Under the pieces are notes generated by a model. It saw only the letters and a list, made by a program, of their open reading frames with translations. It was not told where the DNA came from and made no database searches. The position numbers and the translations under genes were made by a program. DNA of 64,000 bases from Octopus vulgaris (Eukaryota): positions 186,992,001-187,056,000 of the forward strand of contig OX597814.1 in assembly GCA_951406725.2 (NCBI GenBank), given 5' to 3'. Of the stretch, positions 50,105-64,000 are shown piece by piece (the stretch's first letter is position 1; the number at the start of each line of letters is the position of its first letter).

Positions 50105-51945
50105 AATATAAATAACAAAGTGGTTATATTTTAATAATAATAAAACATTGTGTATAGTGCTCAAGTGCACTACAACTCATCTAAAGTGTATGTATAGTGC
50201 ATAGGGTAATGTACAAGCGTCAGGAAAAGAACAGTGCATGAGTCATGACATACACATATGTGTATGAGTATGGAAGGGGGACAATCAGGTGTAGCTTCGG
50301 TGGATTTCGGAAAGCATGAGGGCCTTAAAGGATGCAGTGTCATGGCAGTCAACAACTGACGCAGGCAGTTTGTTCCATGCTTCAGCAACTCTGAACGTGA
50401 AAAAATGTTTCCGAAAGTCATGGAAGCTGTGCTGTTTTCTGACTTTGTAGGCATGTCCACGTGTGTTGGACACATGGAGATCAAAAAGGTATTCAGTGTT
50501 GTTGTTGGTGAGGTAGTTGATAACTTTGTGGGTGTTTACCAAGTCCATCGCCAGACGCCGGAGCTTCAGTGAATCCATGCCCAGGGAAACAAGGCGCTCA
50601 GAATATGGTAGGTGTCTGATGGAGGGTATGCGTTTGGTTGCACGTCTCTGAACAGCTTCCAGGAGGTCAATGTTCTGAGCAAGATAGGGGTTCCAAACTG
50701 ATGATGCGAATTCCAAGTGTGGTAGTACCATAGCTGTATACAGCTTTAAATAGATGGCTGGAGAGCGGCTAACAAAAGTCTTGCTGAGTGATGCCAAGAC
50801 ACCCTCGGCCTTCTTGACAATTTTAGAGATATGTTTTGTCCAACGCAAATCACTGCTGACAGTGATCCTAGGTCACACTCGCAAGAGGATTTCTTGATAT
50901 CAGCATTGTGGAGGGAGTATGTGGATGCAGGGTTTTTTTCTCCCAAAATGCATGGTGGTACACTTGTCCACAGCCAGTTTCAGTTGCCAGTCCATGATCC
51001 ATTGCTGCACTGTGTCCAGGTCTGATTGCAGGAAAGAGTTGTAGACATCAGGATCTGTCCTCTTGATTTCAAGGTACAGCTTGATGTTGTCTGCATATTT
51101 CAATACTGTGGCATTCTTTAAATTGGCATCTATGTCATTAATGTATGCCACAAACAAGAGGGGACCAAGAACAGATCCCTGTGGTACACCCGATGACATC
51201 TCATATGGTGTAGAATGCTGTCCTAGAACTGTGACTACCTCCTTTTGGCTGAGAATGAAGGATTTCAACCAGTTAAAAAGATCATCCCTCACACCCATTG
51301 CAGAGAGTTTCACCATAAGCCTTTTGTGTGGCACAGAATTAAAAGCCTTAGCAAAGTCAAGGTAGACAACATCCACCCATGAGCCACTGTCAGTGATCTG
51401 AGTAATGTCCTCAAGGAACTCGACAGACTGATCACTGCAGCTGGAGTTAGGGACAAATCCATATTGTGAGGGTCGGATGAGACTGTGAGAGCTCCAGAAG
51501 TTCCAAAGTGTTTCTCTGACACACGATTCCATCAGTTTTGCAATACAGCTAGTGAGACTGACTGGGTGATAGTTGACAGGTGATGTGCGATCGCCCTTTT
51601 TGAACAGAGGAATGACACTGGCGGTTTTCCACTGCTCCGGAGTAGCACCATTGTTGAGACAGTACTGGAAAAAAATAGAAAGCTGGTGTAAAAGGAAGTA
51701 CCTGCCACATTTGAGAAGCAGGTATGTAATGCCATCAAGACCAGGGGAGACATAGTTGCACTTATTTTGAAGGTGACGTCGCAGCATTGCAGGTGTAAAT
51801 TCCACAGTTGTTATGGAATTTGCTGTTAGAGATAGTGAAGATGGTACATTTTGATTTTCAACAGTGAATATGTTTGCATAGCACTCGGCAATGAGTTCTG
51901 CGCATTCCTTGGGATCGTCAGTGATATGGCTTGTGTGAGGGCATA
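50105..51945 (-). mobile_element. 5'-truncated CR1-clade LINE (ORF2 RT plus C-terminus, frameshifted)
   Basis: ORFs 50900-51805 and 50285-50848 contain WKTASVIPLFKKGD, YLDFAKAF, GVPQGSVLGPLLF, YADN, PHLEFASSVWNP, VQRRATK, TRGH and WNKLP. Confidence 0.93.
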
Positions 51946-51960
51946 TAACTGTTCATATAT

Positions 51961-52338
51961 CATCATCATCATCATCATCATTTAACGTCTGCTTTCCATG
52001 CTAGCATGGGTTGGACGAATGACTGAGAGCTGGCGAACCAGATGGCTGCACCAGGCTTCAATCTTGATCTGGCAGAGTTTCTACAGCTTGATGCCCTTCC
52101 TAATGTCAACCACTCCGAGAGTGTAGTGGGTGCTTTTTACATGCCACCGGCACGGGGCCAGTCAGGCGGTACTGGCAACGACCTTGCTCGAATCTTTTAC
52201 ACATGCCACCGGCACAGGTGCCAGTAAGGCGATGCTGGTAATGACCATGCTTGAATGGTGTTTTTTATGTGCCACCGGCACAGAGGCCAGATAGCCGCTC
52301 TGGCAACGATCACGCTCGGATGGTGCCTTTTAAGTGCC
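51961..52338 (-). mobile_element. RTE 3'UTR
   Basis: (cat)n tail plus minisatellite units. Confidence 0.88.
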
Positions 52339-53014
52339 ATATATATGTATATAAAGTATATATATATTAGCAGATAGTAGATATTAAAGAAACATTGGAA
52401 GTCAGGTAGATTAAAATAGAATTGAATAAAAAGAAATGTGAGAAGATTTGAGGGTTATTTAAGTAGGAATGAGAGAAGAGAGAAAGGTTATTGAGAAAAC
52501 TGGAAGAATAGAGATGAGTAGAAGACTTTTTTAAAAATAAAAAGAGGGAGAATTACTCAAACTGGATTAGAGAATGAACCGGTAAAGGAACCTCTACATA
52601 GTTGCTCAACCTGCTAGAAATAGCAGCCAAATTTCCCTCAACATCCCACTGGGGGTTTTTTTTTTTTTGTAAAAAACAAACAAAAGAGGGAGGACACATA
52701 CTTCAGACCCTCGTAAACAGATGGAATGGTCAGGACTGCAATGCTTTTCGTCATAAATATGCTTGATCAGGGTTGATGAGGGGAGGGCTAAACAACAATT
52801 AGATTTGAGAAAACATTTAGACAATTTATAGGAAGTAATAAACAACTGAAAAGAACTCATTAAGCACTTTAACTCAAAGATTCATGGACATAGATAAGAT
52901 TCTGATTAAAGAAAAACTGGACTATTTCACACCATCATCCCAAGAAAACGCATCATCTTTGCATTCATAGGCTCTTTTCATTAAAGCTAATATATATATA
53001 TATATATATATATA

Positions 53015-53375
53015 TAACAAGCAGGCCTCCATGCCGGTGGCATGTAGAAACACCATTCGAGTGTGATCGTTACTTGCGTCGCTTTACTGGCCCTTGTGTT
53101 AATGGCACTTGAAAAAATATTTGAGCAAGGTCGTTGCCAGTGCCACTGGGCTGGCTCCTGTGCAGGTGGCACATAAAAAGCAGCATTTGAGCATCACCAT
53201 TGCCAGTACTGCCCGACTGGCCCTCGTGCCGGTGGTTGGCGTTAGGAAGAGCATCCAGCTGTAGAAACTCAGGCAGATCACATTGGAGTCTAGTGCAGCC
53301 ATCTGGTTCGCCAGACCTCAGTCAAATCGTCCAACCCATGCTAGCATGGAAAGCAGACATCAAACAATAATGGTG
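53015..53375 (+). mobile_element. RTE 3'UTR
   Basis: Inverted relative to its neighbours. Confidence 0.85.
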
Positions 53376-53420
53376 ATATATATACATATATTACTGCTGT
53401 TTCCTGCATGAATTCAAAAT

Positions 53421-53680
53421 CATCATCATCATCATCATCATTTAGCGTCCGTTTTCCATGCTAGCATGGGTTGGACGGTTTAACTGGGGTCTGTGAAGCC
53501 GGGAGGCTTCATCAGGCCCAGTCAGATTTGGCAGTGTTTCTACGGCTGGATGCCCTTCCTAACGCCAACCACTCCGTGAGTGTAGTGGGTGCTTTTTACG
53601 TGCCACCTGATCTAGAGCGCCTGGCACATAAAAGCACCATCCGCTCGTGTCCGTTGCCAGCCTCGCCTGGCCCCCGTGCC
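53421..53680 (-). mobile_element. RTE 3'UTR (different subfamily)
   Basis: (cat)n-ttagcgtccgttttccatgctagcatggg. Confidence 0.85.
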
Positions 53681-54245
53681 ATTGGTATATGATTACAAGC
53701 AACAATCCAATCTTAATATAAGTCTTTAATTTTTATGAAAGGCAACAGGAAGAGTAATATTCATGGTATATATATCCTACCTCAATTTATGGTTTTGATT
53801 TTAAAAATTGGTTGATGTGGTTTAAGCACCAAGAGTTGCCCTCACACTCATACCTATTTGGTTATTGGCACGGAACCATGGTAGGGAGTTAATGGTATCT
53901 TATTCAAATATCAATATGTATACTCACATATGTACATCAATTTATTTGTTTCTCTGTATATTACGTGCATATGCATGCTCTGCTCGCATTCACACACACT
54001 ATCTTTATGTGTATACACACCCAACACAAAAAAAAAGAGAAAAGCAAAAACAAAAAGAAAATTCATTAACAGACTTCAGGAACTTGTGGCAGTTATCCAG
54101 CATAGTCATAGTTTAAATTTACTAAAGATTGAGAAGTATTTATATTTTATGTTGATTTGTTTCCTTTCATTGAAAGAGCATATACACATTCTCTCTCTCT
54201 CTGTATGTATGTATGTGTATGTATGTATATATAAATATATATATA

Positions 54246-54299
<54 letters not shown>

Positions 54300-55470
54300 A
54301 CGTGGGGTTGAGAGAGAGAAAGAGATAGGTTCATTTCACACCTAAGGGTTTTATGGACTTAAGTCTCCATGGTTATCTAGCATTTACATATCTGAGTCCA
54401 ATAGGATTATTTCTTAATGAGATTTAAACCCATAAAGTATTTTGCTATCAATTAGATTGGTATTCCTAATTAGCCAAAAAGAAAAGAATTACAGAAGCAT
54501 ACAATGAGGAGGAGAGAAAGAGAGAACTTTTTTGTGAGTTCATATTTCTGCAGCATCTGCAGAGTGGCAGACAAAAGACATTGAGGTATTTAGTTGTATC
54601 TCCTAACGGTCTCAGTTCAAATCCCACTGAAGTTGATTTTATTTTCTTCTTCCTGGATCTGAAACACAAGTACTAAAACCAATTTAATCAGCTGAAACTC
54701 CACCCCTCAAAATATAACAATTATCATTTAACATCCTTTTTTTTTCTTTCTTTCTAACCGACTTTTTTCAAGTTGGAATGACACAAAGCAACGTTCAATA
54801 CACATCTATATCATACTTGATTTTTATATGCATAACAAGAACAAAAGTGTATATAAGTGTATTAGTCCAGAAAAAACTATTGGCTTTTTCATGTGTTTCT
54901 ATAAGTATGAAAGAACAAAAAAATATATAAATAAAAATAAAAGAAAAACTTGGCAATTTGACAAAACAAGAAAGAGTTTGCTGTCTATCATGACAGTGGA
55001 ACAAAATGGAATAACAATCAACCAGCTTAATAATTTGTTTTGTTTTGGTACAATACATTTTAAAAGGAAAGCATGTATAGAATTGCTTCAATCCCAGTAA
55101 GATAACAATATGGCTGAAGGAAAATATTTCCTTATTGAAGCGTTCTGCATACAAATACTATAAGATCTTACATATAAAATGTAGTGAACTGAGAATGTCC
55201 ATTTACTGAAATTATCAATACAGTTAGTACAATTAGTAGACAAAAATTCCTCTAAGTGTCTTTAAACCATATGAAAAATAATCAAGGGATATTATTCCAA
55301 TATGATCAGCCAACTGAAATTTTTGAATAAAATATAAATGCAGATTTATATTGAGTAGATCTTGCTTATAAAGCCAGCTGCTAAAAGTAACAGACAAGTT
55401 TCAGTCTTATTAGACCTCCTCAGCAAAGCAATATTCTACTCAGATTTGGAGTGACCAGTATATGTATGCT

Positions 55471-55806
55471 GAGATCCCCTTCAGTCACAACTGACCATGG
55501 GATTGCACCTAGAAAGTTATTCTCCCAAGCACAAGTCCGGGCAAGGTTGTTTATGGAAGACCAGCAGTCACCCATGCATACCAGCCTCCCCTCTCCATGC
55601 CACCAATGTTATCCAAGGGAAAGGCAAAGTCCGATACAGCTTGGCATCTATGACATCACAACTCATTTCTACAGCTGTGTGAACTGGAGCAATGTGAAAT
55701 AAAGTGTCTTGCTCAAGAACATAACATGCAGCCTGGTCTGGGATTCAAACTCACAACGTCACAATTGTAAGCTCGACGCTCTAACCACTGAGCCATGTGC
55801 CTTCAC
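55471..55806 (-). mobile_element. SINE family D
   Basis: Full copy. The flanking sequence cagtatatgtat is repeated. Confidence 0.88.
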
Positions 55807-56347
55807 AGTATATGTATAGGAATATCGGAAATGTAGTGACACATACTACGAAAGTCAATAATATGGCTAAAGGAAACTACCTCAGATGAGCATTCTGAAT
55901 ACTAAGTAAGATATAACATTACCCATGCAATTAGGAGACAAAAACTCTCTCCAAGATTTTAAAAGCACAACAAAGGAGATAATTGGAATAAGACTATTAA
56001 TTAAAATTTTTAGGTACATTAAACTTGTGGAAGTGAATTATTTAAAGTGAACTGTTTTAACCTGGCATGTTAAAACATTTTGATTTCTTCAATAATCCTG
56101 TTAGTGAAGTGTCACATATCATCATTATTTAACAACCGTTTTCCATTCTAGCATGGGTTGGACAGCCAGAGAGCTGCACCAAGCTCCAATTGTCTAATTG
56201 GGCTTGGTTTCTATAGCTAGATGTCTTTCCTAATACCATTCACTTTACAGTAATTGAGCTTTAGGTAAATACTTGCAGATAAGCTTTCAGTGACATGAAA
56301 CTGCAGAGAGATTTTTTTGTTCAGGGTCCATCATATGTCATCTAAAG

Positions 56348-56600
56348 CAGGAGTCCCCAACCACTGAGCTATAAACCAGTACCAGGCCACACAAAAAGAA
56401 TAAATTTTAAAATTTTATTTCCATTTTATTGACCATCATTGTCTGCTAGGTGTTTTTGCGTTATGTATGTATTATATATTCACGAATTAAATTTTATATT
56501 ATAGACTTTATTATGTTTTGTTATGCACTTGTTACCCTGATCCATAGAAAAATTACCTTATATGAAATCAGTCTGTGGTGCAAAAGGTCAGGGATCACTG
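56348..56600. mobile_element. hAT (Charlie-type) MITE
   Basis: Termini caggagtccccaacc and ggtcagggatcactg, with a perfect 8-bp TSD atctaaag. Confidence 0.85.
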
Positions 56601-57214
56601 ATCTAAAGATATGTGGCAGGTATGTTCTTACTATCATGTGTCCAATGTAGATATTATTGTCTAGTGTAGATAGGAATGGATCTGGTCTTTAAAAATTAAC
56701 TGATGCAAGTAATAGACTTGTTTTAGACTTGTTAAACTTCTTCAGCAAATTATATTCTGTTGGCAGGACTAAGACTGATCAGTATAAATAGAAATAAAGA
56801 AAATGTAGCAATGCTGATTATAAATAATGCTTATAAATATTATAAACATTAATTATAGATCATAAAGAAGGAAGCTGAGAAGAAAATAATTCAAGTGAGT
56901 ATTCTGAATACTAAATACAAATATAGTAGGGTTTCACATATGTAACACAGTGAGTTGGAAAACTTCAGTTAACAATGCAATTTTTGGTGGCAAAAAGGAG
57001 AAAGTAAATTGCAAAACAAGACGTGACATCCTAAGAATTCATAAAAAGAATATAGAGAACCTCCCTCATCATGCCATGTTCACAGGTACCTGAAAGTGAA
57101 ATGCTTTCTAGTAACATGTTAACTATTTCAGAAGTAGCAACTGAGGTACAATGTCCCAATGAACTAAACCTAGTAATGAAAACCACTGAGAAGTGTAATT
57201 GTTTTTATCTTATA

Positions 57215-57535
57215 GGCGTAGGAGTGGCACCTTGGGCAAGTGTTTTCTACTATAGCCTTGGGCCAACCAAAGCTTTGTGAGTGGATTTGGTAGACAGAAA
57301 CTGAAAGAAGCCCATCTTATATATGTGTGTGTGTCTGTGTTTGTACCCCCAACATCACTTGACAACCAATGCTTGTGTGTTTACGTCCCCGTAACTTAGT
57401 GGTTCAGCAAAAGAGACCGATAGAATAAGTACTAGACTTACAAAGAATAAGTCCTGGGGTCGATTTGCTCGACTAAAGGTGGTGCTCCAGCATGGCCACA
57501 GTCAAACGACTGAAACAAGTAAAAGAGTAAAAGAG
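57215..57535 (+). mobile_element. SINE family A with A/B-box deletion
   Basis: ggcgtaggagtggc|accttgggcaag shows a deletion between two gtggc microhomologies. Confidence 0.88.
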
Positions 57536-59010
57536 TTATATAAAATATATGTACACTTTTCATGTTACAATATATATGTGTTCATTCTATACTTTGGTTA
57601 TATTTATATGGAATTAGGGATGTCACTATCATCACTTCTGGTTTCTATTGCAATTGACTGGCGAACTAGCTGAACTATTAGTATGCTGGGCAAAATATTT
57701 AGCGATACTTTATCCATTTTTACAACCTGAGTTTAAATTCCTCTGAAGTTCACTTTGTCTTTCATCCAATTGGAGTCAATAAAATAAGTACCAGTTGAAC
57801 ACTGGGGTTGATGTAATCAACAAGCCCCTTCCCCACAAATTTCAGGCCTTGTGCCTATAGCAGAAAGGATTATTTTAAGGATAATTTATTTCACCTTTTT
57901 ATGCCTGTACACTACATATTAATTGATTATCCATGCAATTAGTAGACAAAACTCCATGTAGGGATGTTTAAAATAAAAAAAAAAAGAAAAGCCATCAAGC
58001 AAGCGAGATCAATTCAATAAAATCAGTTAGTTAAGATAACTGCTACTTATTTATTATAAAAATTAAAGGTAAAATCTGAATTCAGAGCAATAAGGAGTTG
58101 AAATCAATACAATATTAATTAACTGTAGCAGTTTGTGCCAAATTAATGATAATAATTTTTAACACTGGCGTAAGGTCAGATATTTTGGGATAAGGGTCTG
58201 TAGCAGTGATTTGAAACCAGACTGCTAGGTAGCCTGTCAGACATCACGATTAAACTACAGTAGTTTCACACGGTCAGTTTATTAAGCAACCAATCAGCAC
58301 CGCGTAATTCAATCTTCTCCTTGTGTCCTATAAAAAAGTAATTTTTGGCAGTAATTGTAGAAGGTTGAGGCAGTTGTGCATTGTGTCTCCATTCTTGCTG
58401 CATCTAACCACTTAAGACACGGTTGATATTAGACCGGAGTTTTCATTGCTACCAATATAGTGCAATTATTTTCCAGTTGTGATGGGCCAAACTCAGATTA
58501 TTGTATCAGTAAGCTTGTAAACTCCAAGCAGTATATCTCTCTCTCGATAAGTAATTATTGCTGTTATTATAAGTAAAAGACCAACACAATTAAAGCTCTA
58601 TGTGCAATAATAAAATCCGTTAATTGTTCACACAGCTTGAGAAATATATTTTCATTCAGCAACTCAACCAGTCATCACCTCAGACCAGCCAACAAATTAA
58701 AACCCATGACAGGTATAAGTGATTTAATCGACTTAGTCTAGCACTAGACCGGTATTTATTTTATCGCCATTGGAATGATGAAAGGCATAGTAGACCTTTG
58801 CGGGAATTGAACTTGGAATGGGGCTAATAATACAGGGCATTTTGTCATGTGTTCTACCAATCCTCTGGCATGGAACCTGATATTTATATTTATTTATTCA
58901 TTAATAAAGGGAGGTCTGTATAGTAATTTGTGACGGTCAATCTTTCCAAATAGCAAAAAGTAAAATACATTTGCTCGAATTACCCTTATGCTGATTAGAA
59001 ACAGGATATA

Positions 59011-59181
59011 GGCGTAGGAGTGGCTGTGTGGTAAGTAGCTTGCTTACCAACCACATAGTTCCGGGTTCAGTCCCACTGCGTGGCACCTTGGGCAAGTGTC
59101 TTCTACTATAGCCTCGGGCCGACCAAAGCCTTGTGAGTGGATTTGGTAGACGGAAACTGAAAGAAGCCCGTCGTAAATATG

Positions 59182-59216
<35 letters not shown>

Positions 59217-59431
59217 GTGTGTGTATATGTTTGTGTGTCTGTGTTTGTCCCCCCTACATCGCTTGGCAACCGATGCTGGTGTGTTTACGTCCCCGTAACT
59301 TAACGGTTCGGCAAAAGTGACCGACAGAATAAGCACTAGGCTTACAAAGAATAAGTCCTGGGGTCGATTTGCTCAACTAAAAGCGATGCTCCAACATGGC
59401 CACAGTCAAATGACTGAAACAAGTAAAAGAG
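59011..59431 (+). mobile_element. SINE family A (CpGs largely intact)
   Basis: Retains ccggg, ctgcgtgg, ctcgggccgacc, gacgg and cccgtcgt. Confidence 0.92.
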
Positions 59432-59879
59432 GTCGTTCATGGTTCTTATTAGCCCATGGTCAACCTGTGGCAGATCTACGTCCAGTCCTCCTAAGAGTAT
59501 TTACTAAGAATCTAAAGCAGGTTATGACCTCGGCTGCTTGAGAGATCTTTTTAACATCTTGTTCGCTTTAAAATATTCCTACAGATTTGACTCAGGGTCA
59601 ACTCGTTAACTCAGTATATTACAAGTACATAGTTCGTCAACACCGTAGAGACATATCAGTGGAGTGAGTGGACGTACGCATGAACGTTCGACCTGTAAGA
59701 AATAACAGCCAAATCTCATTGAAATTATACATTGCCATCTTAAAAGAATACACTGGGCAGTGTAGCCTACGATAAACAACAACAACAACAACAACAGAAA
59801 GGATGGTCACGGCTGGAATGCTTTTGATAAGAGATTTGCTCGATTAAGGTTGACCTGGGGCTAAACAATAACAACTCGG

Positions 59880-63000
<3,121 letters not shown>

Positions 63001-63814
63001 CTGGTTGAAGGCATTCCACTCCTTAGCTGATATCAGCTGATTTCTTCGAGAAAGAAATGGAGAAGGACAGATAGACAGAAAGAGAAAAAAATCTATCTCA
63101 GCACAGGCATTTCATTTGTCGACCTTAAAAAGTCGCCTTCAATGGGATTTGAACTCGGCTCAGAGCGCCAGAACGATTACTGCAAAGCAACCTGTCGAAC
63201 GCTAACGACTCTGCCAATTTGACGCTTTCTCTGTCTGTCTGTGTTACTCAGGTTCTCCTTTATGTAGGTAGTGTCTTGACAGGTTTTCTAATCCGTTATA
63301 TTCCTGATTTATATCCGAATATAGTTTTTAATCTCACCAACCCAACACACACGTTTTGTCTTTCTTCATGCCGCTGACCACCCTGAGTTACTTTTTTAGC
63401 TCATGTTCGTTTAAACGATGTAAATTACTCTAGACCCATAAATATTTTCTACTGTTTGTAGACACTAGAGTTAAAGGTAAAATAATTGCTGTGTTGATGA
63501 TGTTTATTAAAGCAGATACACCTGTCCATAGTTGTCTCCTTGTCGGTAGACAACCAGATTAGCATTTCCTTTATAACATATCAATTTCCGAGATTTCTTG
63601 ATTCTTGAGATGATCCTTGCTTCTCGTTTTGCAACCAATTGTTTATTCTTCTCTTGAAGGGAAGGTAATTTCAATGAATCAAGAATTTATCTCCATATGG
63701 CATTTGATGTGCATTTATTCATATTTATTGTCCATATTCAGGCTAATGTCCGCTTTAAATTATTACTCTAAGTTCGTGTTCTCTTAAATCATTCATACGC
63801 ACGCAGACTCACAC

Positions 63815-63948
63815 ACGATGGCTTCGTGCAGTTTCTGTTTATCAAATTTATCTCAGAGGGCATTGTTCAGTGTCAAGTCATAATACAAGGCACTTACCCA
63901 AGGTGCCACACTGTTAGAATGAACCCGAAATCACGTAATTGCAAAGCG
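63815..63948 (-). mobile_element. Old SINE family A 5' fragment
   Basis: cacttacccaaggtgccaca...tgaacccgaaatcacgt. Confidence 0.6.
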
Positions 63949-64000
63949 GCGTATGTGTGTAACAAACTCAATAAACTATACTGACAGGGTGCCCATATTA

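Noticed and set aside
50285-51805. Long RT ORFs as a host gene or active element
   Set aside because: The element is 5'-truncated and frameshifted, and YADD is changed to YADN. It is a dead CR1 copy.
55110-55150. ctgaagg...gaagcgttc as a possible hammerhead
   Set aside because: The core is not canonical, there is no stem I, and it is not conserved in the other repeat copies.

Overview
AT-rich eukaryotic DNA packed with repeats. The SINE, LINE and microsatellite families look like those of an octopus (coleoid cephalopod) genome; this is inferred from repeat appearance and was not checked by search. I could not confidently identify a host protein-coding exon. The window reads like a very large intron or intergenic block. 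It holds about 16 copies of one tRNA-derived SINE, three other SINE families, RTE, CR1 and Jockey-like LINE remnants, three mariner/Tc1 elements, a Gypsy LTR plus gag remnant, hAT and piggyBac-like MITEs, and Penelope-like remnants. Most ORFs in the supplied track are microsatellite or repeat artefacts. The most interesting signal is several unrelated families of minimal type-I hammerhead ribozyme motifs. One of these is an unnamed repeat of about 320-365 nt carrying one hammerhead motif per unit, present in tandem (4.4-5.0 kb) and as a fold-back (9.0-10.3 kb), which makes it a candidate retrozyme. Also notable are a perfect 143-bp templated inverted duplication, an RTE-derived palindrome with no spacer, many inverted repeat pairs (possible ADAR substrates), and a shift from CpG-depleted to CpG-retaining sequence near 58 kb that suggests an unmethylated promoter or 5' region at 59-64 kb.
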